The translations under genes were made by a program, and so were the position numbers. A stretch of DNA of 64,000 nt from Yuukianura sp. NJ FZ-2021 (lineage: Eukaryota): assembly GCA_046563655.1 (NCBI GenBank), contig CM102290.1:11966001-12030000 (forward strand), written 5' to 3'. Shown piece after piece: positions 13,701-26,163 of this stretch. The notes below the pieces were generated by a model. That model saw only the letters and a program-made list of their open reading frames with translations, did no database searches and was not told where the DNA came from. Numbering within the stretch: position 1 is the stretch's first letter; each line of letters begins with the position of its first letter.

Positions 13701-16095
13701 TCCTTCAGTTTATGTCACTTGAACTTAACATAACTTGTTTCCTAGATCAATCCATTGTTATGTTATTTTTCTCCCAAGGTTTTACATCATACCACCTTTG
13801 TCCAGTAAACCGGAGGTTTTGCCTTTAGAGTTTCCATATTGTGATGTTTGTACATCCAACATCCGACTTGTTTATGACGCCCGTTAAGTTAAATGGAAAG
13901 GTCATCTGGAAAGTGATAGAAGAAATTAGTCATTCGGAGATTGATTAGATCAAATCTAGTATTTGTTTGCGATTTTAGATTTCCGTGAGTCAAGCAAGGA
14001 CAGAGCTAGTTAACAATGTTAACCGATACACGATTGTTTCTGAAGAACTTGATGTAATAACCTCGACTTCTGTCGGTCATGGAACTTGTAATGTATGAGT
14101 CAAGGGTATCTGCCTCCGGCCAACACAGATTTCCGTCCAACCTGTTTTCACTTTTTAAAAAAATATGCTGAGCAGGTTTTTGTTCTCAGGATTTATGTAA
14201 TTACGTCTGCCGGTTTCGTCCAAATTCGGAAGTGGCGTAATCGTCAAGTTTTTCGATTTCAAGTCTGTTTGTTTTTTAGGTTTCAAGTTTTTTGTAAGAG
14301 TTCCAGTATGCAGTGGGTATTCCTTGGTAGATGGTGGGTTTGAATAGTTTAACTGTCATAAGGTCACGGTTTACAGAGTACGAAGGAATATGGTTTTTTG
14401 ATGGTCAATTTTCATGGTTACGCCTTTCACGTCCTCGTTTTCTGTCCATTTTCGAAATGGCATTTTTTGAATTATGAAAAACTAGTTGATACAAGGTTAA
14501 GTTTACATTATGAAGTAGGTTGGACCATACTTTTGATAAATTGATTTCAATTTGAGCAGGAGTTTCACCCTGGCTTAGGGGAAAAAAAACTAGGTTTTTG
14601 TTAAAACTTTAAACTAGGTTTGGCTAAATTTCGGTTTAGCACTTAACCTAGTTTAGGATTTCAGCTTGTTGCGAATCTTAAAGTGTTTAACAAAAAAATG
14701 AAAGTGTAAAACGGAAGAATGTGAGTGTGAATTTTTAATTTCATAAGATTAGTTACTGGTATGAACCTTTGTGCTTGACGTAAGGATGTTTTCACTCGTA
14801 TTTATTTATCACAGTGGAAGTGGTTTTGAGCGGCTCGTAGAGAAACCACTTATTAGTCACTTCAATTCCAATTAATGCTAAGCTTCTGCATTTTAAACAG
14901 GCCATTTAATCTGGATGTTGTGGTTTGTTATTCCAGGTATATTTTGGAACTTATCATGCTCGCATGTACCTTGGAGCTGATTGTCTCGGAGTCAACTGCC
15001 CTACTGGAATGTCAGCGTTAATGAGAAAGAGACTCTTGGATGATGTATGTCACTTACTACATGATAAAAGAAAAAGAAAGAGCATGCTAAATGAGCTTTG
15101 AGTTTAAAAATAACAAGGCGCTCCCTCGAATTTGTAATAAAATGTTTTTGTTTGTTGTTTAGGCCGGAGGAATTAAAGAATTTGGGTGCTACCTCGCGGA
15201 GGACTACTTTTTTGCAAAGTCAATAACAAATAGAGGTTGGCGAATCTCAATTGCTAGTCAGCCAGCTTGGCAAAATTCTGGTTTCTGTGATATTGCCACT
15301 TTCCAACGGAGAATCACGCGGTAAGGCGAGACAACATGATGAATTACTGCAATTTCTTTGATTTAATGCAGGGGAAAACGTAATTAAGGGATACCTGGTG
15401 GGTTTAAATTGAAAGTGAAGATGGACACTGTGAGTGACTTATGGAATGTTGTTGTGTTTTGTATTTTCAGATGGGCAAAGCTTCGCCTTGCAATGGTGCC
15501 TTTAGCTATGGCTGGTGAGCCCTTCACGGAGTGTATGCTCCTAGGAATTCTGGCTTCAATTTCCACTAGAATTGTTTTCCACTGGGACCCAATCGTAGTT
15601 TTTCTTATTCATCTCCTCGTGTGGTGTATACTTGACTGGTTCCTGCTTAGAACCATCCAGGTAAGACTCGTGAATTAATTGATTTGATTAGCAAAACAAA
15701 TACAGAAGGTCCTCTCTTATAACAACTTACGCTGATACCGTAATCTCTCTGGTCACATTTGGACCATCCGAAAGCCTCCTCTTCTTTTCCCGCTTCCTGG
15801 AGGAAGTTGAGAGCTTCACGGTATTTTGCAGAGAAGTTACTATGAGAGAGGGCTTTCTGTTGCAATTGGCAAATGACGTATTGCGTAATGTGAGAATGTT
15901 AATGAGAAATTATATTGTTTCTAATTGCAGAATGGTAGCCTCCCATTCACCAAGTTCGAATTCGTCCTGGCCTGGCTACTTCGTGAACTAACGACACCGT
16001 TCATCTTCATCCATGCTCTAAGTTTCCCCAACATCCGCTGGCGGGATGGTTACTACCGACTGCAATGGGGTGGCAGAGTAGAAAAACTCAACTAA
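10763..16095 (+). CDS. UGCG: Ceramide glucosyltransferase (GT21 family, GlcT-1/UGCG)
   Basis: Nine exons (~10763-10872, 11363-11504, 11581-11683, 11759-11867, 11961-12073, 14937-15044, 15163-15321, 15471-15660, 15931-16095). N-terminal TM followed by [45 protein letters not shown] and RITRWAKLR. Confidence 0.95.
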
Positions 16096-17226
16096 ATCTA
16101 AATTATTACACGCCGAATAACGATGAAGTTTAACAAATAATCAAACAAATCACACACCCAAACCAAAACCATTCTTATGGATCTCATCTATAAAGCTCTT
16201 AAACCAGACAAATTTTGTAATGTGTAATGAAATGCAACAATGACGACAATTGCAAGTTCCAAGTAATGTTATAACAATTCCATGAAAATAATTTAATTCC
16301 TCTTCTAGGTCGTAAGAGTAGAAGCTATCAACATTTCTGGAGGAAAAATAAAGTTTTATATGAAGATTAACTCATGTTTTCGGGGGAAACCCTTAGAATT
16401 CGGGTTCAGGTCATTAACTCGAAAACAATAAGCGCGAATTCCACAATTCGGCAACACTGAATGTACGTTACCAGTGAAATTTAACACAGTTTTTAAAAAC
16501 CGTAGCCTGCGCCCCAATAAGGGTCAGTTCCATTGTTGCCAACTTGCTGAATTAGCGCTTATTGTTTTCGCGCTAATGACCTGCTACGGAGTATTATTCG
16601 TGTTTTTTAGTTTTGTTTTTTACCTCCGTACCCGTTCCTGGTTTATTACGCTAATGATTTTTAATGATTTTCGGTTCGATATGCTGGGTTTCGTCTACGC
16701 AGACGCGGATCGGAATACCGGTCATGCCCTGGAAAAATTCCAAAAAGTTGCGAATTTTTATCTCTGGGCATCTCAAATCTCTAAAAGCTTATCACGTGGG
16801 GGAGCCGATGAAGGTGAAGGAGAACAGAATCAGCTGATTTTTGAGGAGATCGAATTCCAACGGAGGTTTGTACTGGAGTAAGCTTTAATTAGTTGCGAAA
16901 ACGTGAATTCGTGAATAATCTTCCTACCGGTCGAAGCTAATTGACATCAGTCAGGTAATGGGTTTCATTTCGGCTTAGAGTTGGTATTTGTAATTCGGTA
17001 ATTTATTAATTTAGAGTATTGGCAGTCTTTCACTTGAATTTAACGTAAAAGCATAAGGAAAGGAGTTACTCAAATGTCACATTTTTGACGTGGAGTGTCC
17101 TCTTGTCGAGTAGTTTGTGAGATTACATGTTGTATAATTCTGATTGACCTTGATTTTTTTGTGGAAGAGGGGCAAAGGGAGATGTTGTAATTTTAATCCG
17201 GTTCTTTGTAGAGTCCAGCCATCAGA

Positions 17227-19506
17227 ATGGGGAGCCTCAATCGCCTAATTTTTAAAGAACTAGCTCTAGTACGTCCATCTAAGTCACAGGCAGTGCTGAC
17301 ATTAAGATCACTTCATCGACCTCCTGTGCTGCAACATCTTTCGTTGAATTCTAGCCGTCAGTTGTCAACTAGTCTATCAAAAATGGTAAGATTGAATACT
17401 GAGACAACAGTAACATTACCATTTCATTATGAGAAATGACCTCTGAATTCTTTTGTCAAGGCTGAGTATCGTTTGGAATCGGATACATTTGGAGAGCTGA
17501 AGGTCCCAGCTGACAAATTGTATGGAGCTCAAACTCTACGATCTGTAATGAATTTCCCTATTGGTGGAACCTCGGAAAGAATGCCGGTACGAACTAAAGG
17601 AAGCTGAAATCTCTTGAATAAGGCTAAATAAGTGCTTAGTACTAATATTTTGTCTAATATGATTTATGCGATAGCTTCCAGTGGTAAAAGCGATGGGGGT
17701 ACTGAAGAAGGCATCCGCAATGGTCAACAAGGAGTATGGTTTGGATCCGAAAATCGCTGACGCCATTTGCAAAGCTGCAGATGAAGTACGTGTATCTTAT
17801 TTTCTAAAATTGCAATCACCACCAATTAGCAATTACTTTCAAATTCCATTTCTGCATTTAGGTGATTAGTGGCAAATTGTATGATGATCATTTTCCGCTG
17901 GTCATTTGGCAAACTGGTTCCGGCACCCAAACCAACATGAATACCAACGAAGTGATCTCAAATAGAGCTATTCAGTTACTAGGAGGGAAGTTGGGTTCCA
18001 AGGATCCAGTCCATCCTAACGATCATGTCAACAAGAGCCAGGTATGATTTCTATATAGTGCCTATGTTACTTGCCAAGGTCAACTGACGAACTTCATCTA
18101 ATGTAGTCCATCATTGTATATCGCAGAGTTCCAATGACACCTTCCCAACAGCAATGCATATCGCTGTTGCAACTGAATTGAATCAAACACTACTGCCTTC
18201 GCTTCAAATGCTGCACGATGCCCTAAAGAAGAAATCCGAAGAGTTTAGTTCCATTGTCAAGATTGGACGAACTCATACACAGGTTTCTAAAACGATTATT
18301 TTACGTTGAGTGTTAGAATGAATTTTAATTCCCAATTGATATCTTACAGGATGCAACTCCATTGACTCTGGGCCAAGAGTTCTCAGGTTACGTTCAGCAG
18401 TTGGCGTTTGGATTGGAGCGAATCAAGGCTACGTTGCCACGATGCTACATGCTAGCCGCCGGAGGTACTGCTGTTGGAACAGGGCTGAACACTAGGATTG
18501 GTTTCGACAAGAAAGTGGCAGAAACTGTTGGCAAATTGACTGGTAATGTTAAAAACACATTGTTACTTATTACATACACTTTACATCAGATGTCTAGAAA
18601 CGCAATGTCTAACGAACTATTACTTCGAATATCTAGGTATGCCATTTGTGACTGCGCCAAACAAATTCGAAGCTCTAGCATGTCATGATACCATGGTTGA
18701 AGTGTCTGGAGCTTTGAACGTCCTGGCTGTGTCTCTCATGAAGGTAAATAATCAACCCGAATTGCCAGCCATCGCATCAACTAGTTACTCCATTTAGCAA
18801 ATCAACGCTCAAACCAACGTTGCTTCATTTTCAGATTGCCAACGATATTCGATTCTTGGCGTCTGGTCCAAGATGTGGATTAGGCGAACTGTCACTGCCC
18901 GAAAATGAGCCTGGTTCGTCCATCATGCCTGGCAAAGTGAATCCTACCCAGTGTGAGGCCATTACAATGGTAGCGGGACAAGTCATGGGCAATCATGTTG
19001 CTGCCAGCATTGGCGGAAGCAATGGACATTTCGAATTGAACGTCTTCAAACCAATGATTGTGGCCAATGTCCTTAGGTATTTCCACTTTAACTTTTTCGT
19101 AAATTACTTTTCATGACTGTAAAATTCTAAAACTGTTTTGTTACTTGTGTTAGGTCGATTCAATTGTTGGGAGATAGCTGTAAAGCATTTACCACTAACT
19201 GTGTTGACGGAATTGTTGCAAACAAAGATCAGATTGACAAGCTACTTCACGAGTCACTAATGTTAGTCACTGCACTCAATCCACACATTGGCTATGACAA
19301 GGTAAGTTATCGAATTTTTGTTCTAAAAAATCGTATATATAGTAATTACAGGAAGTTTTGGATTTGTTTTACAGGCAGCAAAGATTGCTAAAACGGCTCA
19401 CAAGGAAGGAACGACCTTGAAACAAGCAGCACTGAAACTGGGCTACTTGACAGAATCTGATTTTGACAAGTGGGTGAGGCCAGAGGACATGCTTGGACCC
19501 AAGTAG
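17227..19506 (+). CDS. FH: Class II fumarate hydratase with mitochondrial presequence
   Basis: Multi-exon. Motifs include [61 protein letters not shown] and the signature [15 protein letters not shown]. Ends [11 protein letters not shown]. Confidence 0.97.
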
Positions 19507-20178
19507 ATGCCGAATCCTTCAGACAGACTACAATGACAACTTGGAAATTGAATTTGCCCACAATATTTTGGACAGTCGTTGACCAACTTGCGAACATGTT
19601 CAAATATCATATAAAGGAAGACATAACGCGTAAATAAAAGCAAGAATGAGGAGAAGGACACTGTTTTTTTTTTCAAGCGGTTTTTAACATTGAATCAATC
19701 TCGTCATTCTCCTCGCTGAGTTTATAAGAGGAAGAATCATTTTTGCAAAGTGATTTTTAATCTTAAAAAATTCAAGGAAAAAGTTCACAAATTTTGAAAT
19801 TTGGAGAATTATTCGTTGCGTAAAATTTTGATACGCTCATAAAAGCACGTAACTGTAGAAAGTACTACATCTGCAATAAAGTTTTGAACTTGGATTAAAA
19901 AGTTACGGTTGGTTAGATTCCACTTTCAGATGAGTTAGGCTGAATGAATTAATTAGGTTAGCCTAAACTAACCTTACGTTATTTAACAAATAGATTACAT
20001 CAATCTGTAATTAAGTCACACTACACTTACTCCTCACTCAACGCTTTACTTTCACCCCATTTTACATTTTATACTGTTTACAGTTTTTACACTTTTACTT
20101 TCTTTTTTTTATTTTAACAAAACACTTCTCAATCAGTTGATTTCTGAGTTTACACCTACACATTTCACACATTTGAGA

Positions 20179-21544
20179 ATGCGTCTTTTTCAGATTTGTA
20201 TTTTGGCGGTACTTTTTTGCGCTCGAAGTTCCTATGGCTGGGACAAATTAGACATGGCGAAATCCCTGTTTCGACAGATCTACCGAAGTGTTCTTCCGAC
20301 TTCAACTCCGGCTCCGAAGTATTACGATCCAGTCGAAGAGTTCCGGAAGTCCAAGGACATCATTTTTGATTCAATCGGAATTACTCGGGCTTTCAATGGA
20401 CATAAGGGAACGACGCTTGCGCGAGTGACTGGACCAGTGAACGTGCGTCGACCATCACTTCAATCTGTAATGTACTACTACAACTACACTCTAGTCATCA
20501 CGTGTGAGTCCAGTTTAGAGCGATGGGACTGTCCATACTGTCGAGTCCTTGGTGGACACATTCAGATGGTGAAGCTTCATGTCAACAAGAAATGGCACAC
20601 GAAGTGGATGGTTACAGTGGACCACCGAAGAGACGAAATCGTTCTAACATTTCGCCCGACCTACAATGTCGGAACTCTACTTCTGGACTTCTTTGTGAAA
20701 CAGACGAAAGTGAATGGGACAGACATTGGGATACACACGGGATATTTTGACGCAGTGGTTGCAGACTACGACGAAATGGTAAACGTGCTGCGACAACTTA
20801 TCGTCTGGAATCCAACATACAAACTCATCATCACAGGTATACATCACACATAATTTTTACGTTTTGGAACTTATATAGCTGATCTACATACTACTTATTA
20901 TTCGACCTTGACCTGCAGGTCACAGTCTTGGCGGGTCACTGTCAGCCGTGATGACTTTCCTTCTGACGTACAACAACGTCTTTCCAGGAACGCAGATTGA
21001 GCTGTACACATTTGGCCAAGCACGAGTTGGCAACAAGGCATTTGTGGACTACATGAACAGTCTGCACATTCCTCTCGCAAGAGCCGTTCACCGCGACGAC
21101 GCAGCAGCACGTATCACTCCTGCCATCCTGGACTACTACCACCATCACAACGAATTGTACATGGACTATGACAAACATGGACGGATGACGGCCCGGTACT
21201 GCTCCGCTGCCTTCTACGAAGATCCCGACTGTGGACAGTCACGTGGTCCACCGTTCCCAGTCTCTGACCTTATTATAGGCATCATTGACCACCAGACATA
21301 TTTTGGTTTAGATGCTACTAGGTGTGCACAGAACAATTTAGCAGAGTTTCTGCTTCAAGCCGTTTGGCCATTACGTGACAGCATCCCCAAAGAAATAGTG
21401 AACAGGCTTCCCCCGCTTGCTGTAGAGTTCTCGGTCTTCCAGGATATTACAAAACTGTTTGGGGGCGGGGGGATTCGAGACTTGTATAAAATAGCGTCAC
21501 AAAAATCATCATCTGATAAGTATGGAGTCAGCAAACCCAAATGA
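20179..21544 (+). CDS. Secreted class-3 (fungal-type) triacylglycerol lipase
   Basis: Signal peptide MRLFQICILAVLFCARSSYG. Exons 20179-20836 and 20919-21544; splicing creates ITG|HSLGG (nucleophile elbow). Also W.C..C, IHTGYF, YTFGQARVGN..F, and DHQTYFG (catalytic His). Confidence 0.9.
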
Positions 21545-21574
21545 CACGCGCAATCCATGGCTTGATTCATGTTT

Positions 21575-21912
21575 TTTATTGTTTCAAGTATTTTTTACGA
21601 TAAAATTTGATATTGCTATTTTTTTATTGTTTCAAGTATTTTTCAGGATAAGATTTAATTTGTTTCAAGTATTTTTTAAGATTTAATTTGTTTCAAGTAT
21701 TTTTTAGGAGGAAAGTTTTTATTGTTTCAAGTAGTTTTCATGACTAGATATGTTATTGTTTCAAGTATTTTTTATGGCTGGATATGTTATTGTTTTAAGT
21801 ATTTTTCAGCATAAGATTTTTATGGTGTTTCAAGTATTTTTCAGGAAGATTTTTTATTGTTTCAAGTATTTTTCATTAAGAAAAAATACTAGATATGTTA
21901 TTGTTTCAAACT
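21575..21912. repeat. Degenerate AT-rich minisatellite, ~10 copies of core TGTTTCAAGTATTTTT at 28-48 bp spacing
   Basis: Core seen at about 21580, 21628, 21661, 21689, 21723, 21757, 21791, 21826, 21858 and 21902. The linkers are related to one another (AGATTT, GATATGTTAT). Confidence 0.85.
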
Positions 21913-22034
21913 TTATTCGTGATTTATGGGAAAAACCATTCAAACCTCAATAGACTATTTTATCTCACATCGCCCCATTTTTCTAAATGCTGTATTGTGG
22001 CGTATATATGCCATCATGATTTTTCATTTGAACA

Positions 22035-23479
22035 TTATCTGTGCGGTGGAAACGCTTGTTCCATGAGCAGTTCGATCGGAATTTCAGGAATGTTGCCCTG
22101 CGCATGTCTCGAAATTTTGATTGGTCCATGCGTCTCGTCAAAGAATCCACAACTACGCAGGAAAAATTGTCCGTTTTCCTCTCCGCATGTCCGATCCTTG
22201 CGATCTCCCGTTTCCTTGTCCCCACCCAAAAACTTCGCAGACGTGACCTCCGTCCACACACCGTCGGGGGTCCTCACAAACTGATTTCCGAGTAAGACTT
22301 TTCGTTCAATGAAGCTCGTCGAAGTGTCTATCCCTTCGTCAAACGAGTAGAACCGATTGAGGTAGCCACTGAACTTTGGTTGTTTAAAACTCGCCATGAG
22401 ATTCCATGTCCCAAGTTCGGGTGCCCAGAACCAGGCAGCATAGCGTGTACGATTGTCGTCCATTGGTGACGCGTGGACTAGAAATTTGTATGTCACGCCT
22501 GCGCGCCACTTGAAGTCAAAGTTCGAGTGGAGTCCGGAACCCTCTCCTCCAAATGGCTCAATGGCAACGTCCCGCCCTTTCCGCATGACCTTGACCTTGA
22601 ACTGGCTCGGGATATGCGTGGGGTCATCCGTGTTGAACCTCGACCACAAAGCAAACAACACCGTACGTCTTGTTTCGGAGTTTGTTTGAATTCCAAAATA
22701 GCCGCTGCGAAAAACAAAATGTTAAGTTTTGGCATAAAAAAACTAAAAAAAAATCCTTTTGGAAAGTCTCACATTGCCCCATTAGAAACTAAATTTTTTC
22801 AAAAAAAAAACAACATAATTTCGCATCTTTTTTCTCCCGCAATTGAATCTTTCCGCAAAAACTAACATTCCAATTGGGGCATCGTGAGATACCTATCAAA
22901 TCCTATAGCCATAAAGTAGGCCCCCACAGGGTCCAGTCCTTCAGGGACCGTGACTTCATTGTAGTAAAAGTCAGCATTAGGAGGGTAGCCTTGGTAGAAG
23001 ATGTTGATGCTGGGACCCCTTAGACCCCAGTAGTACTTTGTAGGCTCACAGACGAAACAGAGGGCATCACAATCCGCATGGTCCAGAATCAAGTCCTTCA
23101 CATCCCCAATCCAGTCGCCACTTTTGGAGAGTCCTTCAATGTCAATCCGATTGTAGCCACATTTGGGTAGGTCGAAGTGCCCGACTTTGAAATCTTGAAA
23201 CTCAGTGCCAGAAATGACCAACTCATAGGCCTGGCCGGACACGGGGGAACTCACTTTGATTTGACTTTTCCCGCCAACACACTTGGCTCGAAGCGAAACG
23301 AAGGCTGTAAGGGGATGTTGCGTTTTGAAGTAAACCGAAGCTACTGCTCCGATGCCTGTCCAGTTCCCTAACCCTGAAACGGGACTGACGCTGGCACCAA
23401 CTTCCTCCTCTGAAGATGCTTTCGTTATGTAACAGTTTCCAGCCAATGGAATCACGGTAGTCTTCACAGAGCAATTCAT
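22035..23479 (-). CDS. DUF5077 + DUF3472 domain protein (Bacteroidetes-type / nematoblast-specific-protein-like)
   Basis: Exons 23479-22893 and 22704-22035 with a GT-AG intron at 22892-22705 join in frame: IPLAGNCYIT...YYWGLRGPS...FYYNEVTVPEGLDPVGAYFMAIGFD|SGYFGIQTNSETRRTVLFALWS...FGGEGSG...WRAGVTYKF. The family was recognised from these motifs. Confidence 0.8.
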
Positions 23480-24115
23480 CGTCGCTTTTCACCTCAAAAC
23501 GGCTCGAATTTTCAAAAATGACACTAATTTTTATCAATACCGCAAATATTAAAAATGCCTTGATCCGCCACTGCCACTGCTGTACTAAAAGGCTGTAGGC
23601 TTGAATTACAAAAAGTAACTGTACCTTTTATGTAATTAGGCAACTTTGTTAATTAGTTGAAAAACCGCATTCACCTGAGACATCACAAATCTTAATTGAC
23701 ATTTCAATTTAAAGTTTACACCTTTACTACATCAACACAAAACGGAAACGTCTGAAATTTTTAGTTTTAATCCAAGAAAAAACTTAAGGTCGAAAATACA
23801 GATGTAAAATTCATTTATTAAAGTCCTTATAAATACAATATTGTGATTAATTAACTTAAAGTTAACATATCCTTTTTAGCGAGAAAGTATAAAAAGGTGT
23901 TTTAGTTTCACTGCGATTGCGAATCCTTATAACAAATTCGCTTGAAAACATGTATTTTTTAATATTTTTTTTTCGTGGTATGGTATTTCTAGGTTTGACT
24001 TTGATTTGATCTTGAGAGTGGGCGGAGCTTAGCGTCTGTGCAGAATAATGAAGCTTTGGTTTAATTTGAGTCAATTTTTGGAAGTGGAAGTGTTTCGATA
24101 GGTAGCATCTTTTTG

Positions 24116-24880
24116 TTATGGTTTTTTGTCGGTGACTGGAATGACCTTGGGCAGAATGGGCTCTTCGTTTGAGTCACCCGGTAATTTCTGCTCAACCGAA
24201 CAATCCTCGTCTTCACGCTCTGCATCTGAAAAGGAATCTTCCGTCGATTCCGCATCTTCATCCCATTCACAGGGCTGAAGTATTCAAAATGAAAATCTTT
24301 AAAAAAAAATTAAAAGAGAGACTGAAATATGCCAAACATCGCAGCCCATGCTCACTGCGAGCCTCACTACCTTACTCGAAAAGTAGTAAGAGGCAGAGGT
24401 AAGCTGCCGCTAGTATAATAATATTCAATGTCTACTAAAGAAATATGAGGTGTGCTTGTCTGTCCATTATAATGATAATGTCCCATGTAATTATAATATT
24501 ATAATAATAATATTAAAATAATAATAATAATTTATAACTAGAATATGTACCATAGGCGTGGCGTTAGGCTTAAGACGAAGTTTCTTGTTATTTATGAACG
24601 CATTATCAGGAAAGTGGTTAGAGCAGACACGTGGATCGTTTCCCAAGTATTCTCCCTCTAATTTCAAAAGCCTCAGCCATTCCTGCAGCCTACGGAAAAC
24701 CAATTAATGCTAATTAGTAATGACCAATCAATAATTTAGCAAACATAACCTAAGTAAATAATTGCTCATGCATTAAAATAAATGTTACCTAACAGGGTCA
24801 TTTGGAAACTTAAACCTGGATATTTTTGCCATGTCTACTGGGCCACAAACAATGCAGTAATAGGCGTGTATCCGTGACAT
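24116..24880 (-). CDS. Small THAP (C2CH zinc-finger) domain protein with acidic tail
   Basis: Exons 24880-24789, 24689-24551, 24459-24376 and 24274-24116 are phase-consistent. They give CIVC...FKFPNDPVRLQEWLRLL...RVCSNHFPDNAF...LRLKPNATP, which has the THAP C,C,P,W,C,H,F pattern and an AVP-box variant. Confidence 0.8.
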
Positions 24881-26163
24881 TTTTTAAACTTTGGAACAAT
24901 TCAATCTTAAAAACCTTAAAAACTTATTAGAAAAGTTACTTTTTTTTTCACTATGAAATCTTACTTTTCACCCAAGGTTTGTGATTGAACAAAACCGTCG
25001 GCGCCCGAAGCATTCGGATTGAACGGTGGGCGGAGCATGTGAATCCTGTATAATGTAGCATTTTAACATTTCAGTTTTCCACGAAGATGGCATAAGTTTC
25101 GGTTTGGCATAGAGGATTTAAGTTAAACATTTTGACATTCGGAAAGTGTTTTCCGGTAGGAGATGAGATGACGAATTGCCAGGCGTCACGAGGGAGTTTT
25201 TTTCCATAAAATGTCGAGAAAGGAACATTCTGGAGTCGGGAATGAATTTTGCTGAGGCAATTTGTGATTTGTGAAGTGGAATTGACAGCAAACAATTCTC
25301 TGGACATACAGAAGTCGGCAGAGCTGTCTCTTTTTTATGCTCAAGAGTAAAATGCTAACTCTCTTGATAATAAAAAAAATGATCAGCCATTAGCATTATG
25401 AAAAAAATCGGACGTTTCACAGCAAAACTTTCACTGTTGAAAGCAATGAAACGTTTAATTTTTGCCTCTTACCGGCTTAATTTTAAATTGTTTTTCTCCG
25501 CGACACTGTGATCAATACATCGTTTGTGTCAGTGGTATTGCGGAGCCCATTTCTTTCTAATAGACAAGCAAGCTTAATTCTTAATTGTTGGATCCATAAT
25601 TAGGATCATTATGAATACGAAACTGTTTCATGAAATTTTTATTTTTTATTATTAATTAATACTAAATTATTATTTTATGAAAGCTACCTACGTAACGTAG
25701 TGAGTCTTTTAGAGTTTGGCTTTTTAAGACTACGCTGAGCGATACTGGTAGTGCCGACGCTTGAGCGTGACAAACAAAGTTGAGTTTGAGGAGTCTTGTG
25801 ATGTTTTTTGTTATTCAACGTAAAGTGCCGGTTGTCCACTAACTTATAAAACAGTGTTTCAGGTTCCATCGCTCTGACAGTATCCAATCCACTTCAGTTG
25901 ACTACTGACACACCTTCCACTTCACTCTTCAACGTCAATCCAAGGTAACATTCATTTATTCAAGGTTATTCGTAAACAAAGAATCGATATTCTGTTGTCT
26001 GAGCCACTATTCGCTCGGTTCTTTGGAGGCATTAGTGTAGTGACGTCTTGTCACGCCATGTCATGTCATGGCCATGACTTCCCGATTTTGAAAACAGAAT
26101 CATGTCCACTAACTACATAGTCTTTTTTTTTTTATTCCAGTGACCTTTTCCAAGAATTTCATC

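Noticed and set aside
16474..16881. 135-aa ORF upstream of fumarase
   Set aside because: GTG start, low-complexity composition, no recognisable domain; probably promoter or 5' UTR sequence.
21575..21912. CRISPR-like repeat/spacer appearance
   Set aside because: The core is short and non-palindromic, linkers are mutually related and of variable length, there are no cas genes, and the context is eukaryotic.
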